DNA of 64,000 nucleotides from Verrucomicrobiales bacterium (GTDB lineage Bacteria; Verrucomicrobiota; Verrucomicrobiia; Verrucomicrobiales; V1-33): NCBI GenBank assembly GCA_031411295.1, contig JANOAV010000205.1, positions 1 to 64,000 of the forward strand, read 5' to 3'. Shown piece by piece: positions 58,313 to 64,000 of this stretch (position 1 is its first letter; each line of letters starts with the position of its first letter). The notes under the pieces were generated by a model. It saw only the letters and a program-made list of their open reading frames with translations, ran no database searches and was not told where the DNA came from. The position numbers and the translations under genes were made by a program.

Positions 58313-59608
58313 ATGGCTGCCGTCCCCATCGATATTGAATCCAAGCGCGCTGCCATCAGCCTGAAGCAGTGGGAGAAGCTCCGTGCCTTGCTCCAGACGG
58401 TGTTGCCGATGAATAAATTCTGGAGCAAACGTCTGGCCGGGCTTCCGATGGACTCGCTGAAAGATTTCCTAACCCATGCACCGTTTCTTTCCAAGCGGAT
58501 GCTGGTGGAAGATCGGGAAACGTTTCCCCCGTATGGCACGAACTTGACCTTTCCGATCGAGAACTATACTCGCTTCTGTCAGACCAGCGGCACCAGCGGG
58601 AAACCGCTCGCCTGGCTGGATAGCCGGGATGACTGGCGGGTCATGCTGGATTGCTGGGAAACCATCTACAACAAGGCGGGGTTGGAGCCGGGGGAGGATC
58701 GCGTGTTCTTTCCCTTTAGTTTCGGACCGTTTCTGGGATTTTGGACGGCCTTCGAAGCCGCCACGCGCATGGGCTACATGGTGATCCCCGGCGGCGGCAT
58801 GAGCACCGTGGCGCGTTTGCAAATTATGCTCGAACACGGGGTGACCGTCATTTGCTGCACTCCGACCTATGCCCAGCATCTGGGGGAAGTGAAGGCGCAG
58901 GATCCGCTGCTCAACCAAGCCGAATGGAGTTTGAAGACTATCATCGTGGCCGGAGAGCCGGGCGGGAGTTCGACCAGCGTGCGGGCGAAAATTGAATCCT
59001 ATTGGCCGGGCGTTAAGGTCTTTGATCACCATGGTCTAACCGAAGTAGGCCCGGTGAGCTATCAGGATCCCAAGCAGCCGGGTCGCTTGCTGGTGTTGGA
59101 GGATTTCTACCTGGTAGAGGTGATTGATCCCGCCAGTGGAAAAGAAGTGCTGGCGGGAGAGGAAGGGGAGTTAGTGATCACGACCCTGCGTCGGTTAGGC
59201 TGTCCGTTGCTGCGATACAAGACAGGCGATATTGTCCACAAAGGCTACACCCGGTTGGGTCGCCTGTGTTTCGAGGGCGGCGTGTCTGGTCGCCTCGACG
59301 ACATGGTGCTGGTCCGAGGCGTCAACGTGTTCCCCTCCGCCGTGGAAGCGATCGTGCGGCGGTTCTCGCAAGTGGAGGAGTATCAAGTGCGGGAAGAACG
59401 CCGCGGCGCATTGCTGGAGCTGCATTTACTGCTGGAACCCGTGGCCGGACTGCGTCCGCTGCAACTAACGGCATTGAAGGAACAACTCGAAGCCGCCCTG
59501 CGCGATGCGCTGGCGCTGCGCATCCCCGTGAAAATCCTCCGCCCCGGAGCCCTGCCACGTTTTGAATTCAAGGCCCGCCGGTGGATCAAGGAACTCCCCC
59601 GCGCCTAG
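58313..59608 (+). CDS. Phenylacetate-CoA ligase family (PaaK-like)
   Basis: 'QTSGTSGKP', 'AGEPG', 'HGLTE', 'LLRYKTGD', 'GRLDDMVLVRGVNVFP'. Confidence 0.85.
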   Translation: MAAVPIDIESKRAAISLKQWEKLRALLQTVLPMNKFWSKRLAGLPMDSLKDFLTHAPFLSKRMLVEDRETFPPYGTNLTFPIENYTRFCQTSGTSGKPLAWLDSRDDWRVMLDCWETIYNKAGLEPGEDRVFFPFSFGPFLGFWTAFEAATRMGYMVIPGGGMSTVARLQIMLEHGVTVICCTPTYAQHLGEVKAQDPLLNQAEWSLKTIIVAGEPGGSSTSVRAKIESYWPGVKVFDHHGLTEVGPVSYQDPKQPGRLLVLEDFYLVEVIDPASGKEVLAGEEGELVITTLRRLGCPLLRYKTGDIVHKGYTRLGRLCFEGGVSGRLDDMVLVRGVNVFPSAVEAIVRRFSQVEEYQVREERRGALLELHLLLEPVAGLRPLQLTALKEQLEAALRDALALRIPVKILRPGALPRFEFKARRWIKELPRA

Positions 59609-59617
59609 CGTAAATAA

Positions 59618-59646
59618 CGAATGTGGAGCAGTCCGCTGGACTGCTC
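59618..59646 (+). repeat. REP-like hairpin, family 3 copy C
   Basis: CGAATGTGG-AGCAGTCC-GCT-GGACTGCT. Confidence 0.7.
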
Positions 59647-59658
59647 ACGGCCATGCTT

Positions 59659-60381
59659 TTAATCCTCGTCATAGAAATAGCTGGGGCCGTAGTAGGTTCC
59701 GCCGAGCGGATCAATGGCGGAATAGATGAGGATTGAGATACTAATGCCCCAAGCTAAAATGGTGAGGATGAGAATCGAGAGCCCAAAGTTGCGGGAGAAT
59801 GCATCATAGTGGTATGGGCTATCCTTCCCGTGTTGTCTTGAGAAGGTCAAAGAGTAACCAACAAACAGTCCCATGATGCCTCCAGTCAGCAGTGCGGCCA
59901 CCAATACAACCTGCCATTTGGCACGCACTGGCCGGTATTCAGCTGGTGGTGCGTCAGGCTCGGCAAACGCCACCTCAGGGATCATCTCATGGCGCGCTCC
60001 TAACAGCCATTCCGCCGCTGCTAAATCTTGAAAATTCCAGCCGTCTGGCTCTTGTAACATATTTCTCAGAAACGCTGAGTCGAGCGTTGCCAGGTAAGCA
60101 TCTGGAGGGGGTGGGGCCAGCTGAATGGTGGCTCGCGCATCTTTCATTAAGGCTTCACGAGCTACGGAGATTTGGGCTGCCGCAACCATCACCATCGCCT
60201 GGTTGTTGACTCCACCGCTGCCAATGGAGGAAATTTCGAACACCGGAGCGGTGCTGGCAATTTTGTAGTGGATCCCGGCTTCATCCAAAATCTCCAGACA
60301 CTCTGCCATGACTTCTCCATTGAGAAAGCGCGCTAGGAGAACAGGTTTACTGATCGTTGCAGGAGGAGTTGCCGGATTCAT
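59659..60381 (-). CDS. Hypothetical membrane protein
   Basis: DUF2007-like N-terminus ('LDEAGIHY') and two C-terminal TM helices. Confidence 0.6.
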   Translation of the reverse strand: MNPATPPATISKPVLLARFLNGEVMAECLEILDEAGIHYKIASTAPVFEISSIGSGGVNNQAMVMVAAAQISVAREALMKDARATIQLAPPPPDAYLATLDSAFLRNMLQEPDGWNFQDLAAAEWLLGARHEMIPEVAFAEPDAPPAEYRPVRAKWQVVLVAALLTGGIMGLFVGYSLTFSRQHGKDSPYHYDAFSRNFGLSILILTILAWGISISILIYSAIDPLGGTYYGPSYFYDED

Positions 60382-60444
60382 CGCCTAGCTTGCACTTCCC
60401 AGCGCAAACAACAAGTCGAAATCTGCCTTGGGACGCATCGGTAT

Positions 60445-60474
60445 TTGCAGTCCAGCGGACTGCAACCACCCTCG
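60445..60474 (-). repeat. REP-like hairpin, family 3 copy D
   Basis: Minus strand CGAGGGTGG-TTGCAGTCC-GCT-GGACTGCAA. Confidence 0.7.
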
Positions 60475-60475
60475 C

Positions 60476-61135
60476 TCAATGCCGCAAAGATGCCATCAGT
60501 TCAGCAATCATCTGATGATCCTTGATCCCCGGTGCAGACTCCACACCGCTGGCCAAGTCCAAGGCCACCGGGGATACTTCCCGCATCGCTTGGGCGGCAT
60601 TATGAGCGGTCAGCCCGCCGCTGAGGATGATTTGCTTTTCGGGGAATACTTTTACCGCCTGGGCTGCCAGGGTCCAGTCGCAGGTCAGCCCGGAGCCTCC
60701 GTAAACGCCGGGTTGGTAAGCATCTAGAATGATCGCGCGACAGGGACAACGGGCGATTTTCTCCAGATCCGCTTCCGTGCGTGCGCTCAAGGCGCGGATT
60801 ACTTGATAGCCGTCATCGAGAAATGACTGCACGAACGCATCGGATTCATCGCCATGAAATTGGATCGCATCCAGCAGGCCGGACTGCATGATCGGCAAAA
60901 TTTCTTCGCGCGAAGCGTTCACGAACAGGGCCACCCGGGTGATGGTCGGGGGGGCGTCAGCCAGCCAGAGCGCAGCCTGCTCGAAGGGATGAAAGCGTTT
61001 CGACTTCGGCCAGAAATTAATTCCAATGGCCGCCACTCCTTGCTCCGCGCAGGCATCAGCATCCGCCATGCGGGTAAGCCCGCAAATTTTGACCTGGGGG
61101 CTGGGGGAGTGGAGTTGAGGAAATGGAGGGCGCAT
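60476..61135 (-). CDS. trpF: Phosphoribosylanthranilate isomerase
   Basis: 'VKICGLT', 'QFHGDE', 'GGSG..CDW', 'LSGGL', 'DLASGVE..PGIKD'. Start moved to 61135. Confidence 0.92.
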   Translation of the reverse strand: MRPPFPQLHSPSPQVKICGLTRMADADACAEQGVAAIGINFWPKSKRFHPFEQAALWLADAPPTITRVALFVNASREEILPIMQSGLLDAIQFHGDESDAFVQSFLDDGYQVIRALSARTEADLEKIARCPCRAIILDAYQPGVYGGSGLTCDWTLAAQAVKVFPEKQIILSGGLTAHNAAQAMREVSPVALDLASGVESAPGIKDHQMIAELMASLRH

Positions 61136-61264
61136 GGCTGTGAGGGGATCAATGGCATCATCCGGTGGGCTTGGCAACATTGGAACGGCCGGGGCGTCCG
61201 GAATGTCACTGGGTTTCCTGCTTGCGCCGGGGGTGAGTCCATCGCATAGAACGCCCCCCCTTTT

Positions 61265-62413
61265 ATGTCCTTCACTCTGCTCACCACCGATCCCAATTCC
61301 AAAGCCCGCCGCGGGCGTTTGGAGTTGCCGCATGGCGTGGTGCAAACTCCGATGTTCATGCCGGTGGGCACGCAGGGGTCGGTCAAGGCCGTGGCCCCGC
61401 GCGAGTTGGTGGAGCTGGATGCCCAGATCATTTTGGGAAACACCTACCACCTGAACTTGCGACCGGGGATGGATGTCATCAAGGCCTTCGGCAGCCTGCA
61501 TCGATTCAGCAATTGGCAGCGTCCCATCCTGACCGACTCCGGCGGGTATCAAGTATTCTCCCTTTCTAAATTGCGAAAAATCACCGAGCGCGGAGTCGAA
61601 TTCCGCAGCCACCTCGATGGCTCCAAGATGTTCCTGGGCCCGGAAGAAAGTATGAGCATCCAGGCCACTCTGGGGTCGGATATCGCCATGCTCTTCGACG
61701 AATGCCCGCCGTATCCCTGCGATGAGAAATATTCCCAGAAGAGCTTGGAACTGACCTTGCGTTGGGCGCAGCGTTGCCAGGATTGGATCGCAGAGCATGA
61801 ACCGAAAACCGATACCGGCGGTCGGCAACTGCACTTCGGCATCGTGCAGGGCAGTATTTATGCGGACCAACGCGAAGCCTGTGCGAAGGGATTGGTGGCG
61901 ATGAATTTTGACGGCTATGCCATCGGTGGGGTCAGTGTGGGCGAGCCGGAACACGAAATGTTCCGCGCGATTGACAATGCGGAGCCGTTTCTCCCTGCCG
62001 AAAAACCCCGTTACGCCATGGGCTTGGGCACGCCACCGCAGATTGTCGAGATGGTGGCCCGGGGCGTGGATTTGTTCGATTGCGTCATCCCCACGCGGTT
62101 GGCCCGCCATGGGACGGCATTTACAAGCCGAGGGACCATAAATTTGAAAAACGAGCGTTTTAAGGTGGATTCGGAGCCAATCGAACCGGAATGTGAATGC
62201 CACGCTTGCCAAGGCTTCAGTAAGGCATATATTCGCCACCTTTTCCGGGCCGGTGAGATTTTGGGTCTGCGGTTGATTTGTCTGCACAACCTGCATTTCT
62301 ACCTCAACCTCATGCGCCAAATCCGCGCTGCCTTGGAAACCGCAACCTTCTCGACTTTCCGTCAGCAGTTTCTCGACCGCTACTTTTCATCCACCCCCAC
62401 TCCTACTATCTAA
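61265..62413 (+). CDS. tgt: tRNA-guanine transglycosylase
   Basis: 'TPMFMPVGT', 'LTDSGGYQV', 'GIVQG', 'DLFDCV', Zn site 'CECHAC'. Confidence 0.96.
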   Translation: MSFTLLTTDPNSKARRGRLELPHGVVQTPMFMPVGTQGSVKAVAPRELVELDAQIILGNTYHLNLRPGMDVIKAFGSLHRFSNWQRPILTDSGGYQVFSLSKLRKITERGVEFRSHLDGSKMFLGPEESMSIQATLGSDIAMLFDECPPYPCDEKYSQKSLELTLRWAQRCQDWIAEHEPKTDTGGRQLHFGIVQGSIYADQREACAKGLVAMNFDGYAIGGVSVGEPEHEMFRAIDNAEPFLPAEKPRYAMGLGTPPQIVEMVARGVDLFDCVIPTRLARHGTAFTSRGTINLKNERFKVDSEPIEPECECHACQGFSKAYIRHLFRAGEILGLRLICLHNLHFYLNLMRQIRAALETATFSTFRQQFLDRYFSSTPTPTI

Positions 62414-62770
62414 ATGACAAACTTCCTCGCTTCCCTGAATTTCCTCGCCGAAGACCCAGCCCCCAGTAACGGCAGCGGCCCCCTCATCATGATGGTGGCC
62501 ATGTTTGCCCTCATGTATTTCGTCATGATCCGGCCTCAGCGGCGGCAACGGGCGGAACACGAAGCGCGGGTTGCGGCTCTGAAATCTGGCGACAAGATTG
62601 TCTCCAGTGGCGGCATTTACGGCATGATCACCAATGTTAAGACCACGACGGTGATCGTGAAAATCGCTGATAACGTCCGCATCGAATTGGACAAATCCTG
62701 CGTGGCTACCGTAGTTTCCAAGGCAGATGAGCCTGCCGAGGCCGCTGTAGTCGAAACCGAATCCGCTTAG
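62414..62770 (+). CDS. yajC: Preprotein translocase subunit YajC
   Basis: 'YFVMIRPQRR', 'LKSGDKIVSSGGIYG'; tgt-yajC-secD synteny. Confidence 0.95.
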   Translation: MTNFLASLNFLAEDPAPSNGSGPLIMMVAMFALMYFVMIRPQRRQRAEHEARVAALKSGDKIVSSGGIYGMITNVKTTTVIVKIADNVRIELDKSCVATVVSKADEPAEAAVVETESA

Positions 62771-62881
62771 GTTTCTGGCAGATGATGTGTCCTTGGGCAC
62801 ATTTCATTGCTTTCTTGCTTGCACAGCTCCGGCTTTTCTGCCCTTCCTCTCACCTGACTTTATTTTAAACAGAACCGAAAC

Positions 62882-64000
62882 ATGGATAACAACTACATCA
62901 AAGCCATCATCATCCTCATCATTGGCCTCGTCGCCTTTGGCATGTTTGTATGGTATTTCGCAGCCGAATCTGACAAAAGTAAACGACTCGGCGGCACGCT
63001 GTTGTCACTGCTCTTAATTGGATTCGGGCTTTTTACGGTATTCACGGAGAAACTCAAAAAGGGGATCGATCTGGCCGGGGGAGCGGCTTTCCGAGTGCAA
63101 ATCGTGCCCTCTGAAGGCAAGAAAGTGACTCGTGCTGAGGCCGAAGGGGCCAAGGAGGTCATCGAAAAACGTCTGGCTCCCCTCGGGAATAAGGACATCG
63201 TGGTGACGGTCCAAGGCGAAGACATCATCTATGTGGAAGTTCCCGGCATCACGACCGAAGAAATCGACAAGAATCGCGAGATCATCGAAAAAGTCGCCAA
63301 ACTGGAATTCCGCTTGGTGCATCCTCAAAGCCAGCAACTGATCGCCCAACGTGGGGCTGACGAGCGGGTGTTGGAACCAGGCTGGATTGAAGTTCCCCTT
63401 AAGGAAAAGGATGTTGATCCCGCAACGGGCGAAGCCAAAAAGCCGGTGGTGAATGCTGCGGATCAGAAGTTGCATCGTGATGAACAGGCCAAGAAGCGTC
63501 TGGATGATATCTTCAAAAACAAAAAGACCATCGTGGTTAAGAACACCGCCGAAATGTCCGGCAAGAGCGTGAAGGAAGCCTTTCCTACCATTTCCCCCGG
63601 CGGTGGTTTTCAGATCAATGTGCGGTTGCACAGCGAGTTTGGCGACAAGATGGAAGCCATCACGGAGAAAAATCTGCATCAACCAATGGCCATCATGGTG
63701 GATGGGGAAGTCATCTCTGCTCCAACCATCCAAGGGAAATTTGGCGATCACTTTGAAGTGACCGGCCAGTTTAAACAGAAAGAAGCGTTGGACCTTTCCT
63801 CCGCGCTGTCCAATCCTTTGGAGAATCCTCTCAAAATTGTTCAATCGAGTCAAACCAGCCCCACCTTCGGGGAAGCGGTCGTAAAGCAAGGGGTCATGGC
63901 TGGAGCCGTTGGGATGATTGCCACGTTGATTTTCATGCTGATCTACTATCGGTTGGCGGGCTTTATTGCCGTGCTCGGGCTGATCGTAAACTTGATCCTG
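62882..64000 (+). CDS. secD: Protein translocase SecD (possibly SecDF fusion); runs off the window
   Basis: 'KGIDLAGG', 'AKLEFRLVH', 'MAIMVDGEVISAPTI', 'SPTFGEA', 'YYRLAG'. No stop before the window end, so absent from the ORF track. Confidence 0.9.
   Translation, partial: MDNNYIKAIIILIIGLVAFGMFVWYFAAESDKSKRLGGTLLSLLLIGFGLFTVFTEKLKKGIDLAGGAAFRVQIVPSEGKKVTRAEAEGAKEVIEKRLAPLGNKDIVVTVQGEDIIYVEVPGITTEEIDKNREIIEKVAKLEFRLVHPQSQQLIAQRGADERVLEPGWIEVPLKEKDVDPATGEAKKPVVNAADQKLHRDEQAKKRLDDIFKNKKTIVVKNTAEMSGKSVKEAFPTISPGGGFQINVRLHSEFGDKMEAITEKNLHQPMAIMVDGEVISAPTIQGKFGDHFEVTGQFKQKEALDLSSALSNPLENPLKIVQSSQTSPTFGEAVVKQGVMAGAVGMIATLIFMLIYYRLAGFIAVLGLIVNLIL

Noticed and set aside
61136..62320. Long N-terminal extension of trpF
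   Set aside because: Antisense to tgt; TrpF motifs begin after 61135.
63014..63889. 291-aa minus-strand ORF
   Set aside because: Antisense shadow of secD.
1..64000. CRISPR array, tRNA or rRNA
   Set aside because: No regularly spaced direct repeats or recognisable RNA genes found by eye; the repeats are dispersed hairpins.

Overview
GC-rich bacterial chromosomal window. The gene content suggests Verrucomicrobiota (inference). From left to right: (1) the end of an IS630-type element inserted in a DoxX gene; (2) a light/UV-repair cluster (radical SAM/TIGR03915 pair, DUF2256, TIGR03643, an inverted-domain photolyase and an FeS (6-4) photolyase); (3) a ~17.7 kb minus-strand accessory locus; (4) a patch of small genes with attC-like relics; (5) housekeeping, nitrogen and respiration genes (glnII, minimal kinase + PP2C, ABC-F, nuoMN, cpATP-grasp/alpha-E + transglutaminase, glnD, sulfatase, nuoG, paaK-like, trpF, tgt-yajC-secD). 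The best candidate for an undescribed system is locus (3). A WD40 Ser/Thr kinase precedes a tightly coupled five-gene operon: a TSP3/'FYR'-tail protein, an HPDHDN-motif protein, an S74-chaperone fibre, a 2.7-kaa PA14 protein whose C-terminus resembles the Tc-toxin A translocation channel, and a small membrane protein. The first four carry signal peptides, and no TcB/TcC or phage-tail genes are present. Kinase and operon share a TGTAAGG-N13-CGKTAA ECF-like promoter motif. Other non-coding signals are two perfect Rex boxes before the separated nuo genes, a sigma-54 promoter at glnII, and several REP-like families, one with covarying stems. All family assignments come from motif recognition by eye; no searches were run.
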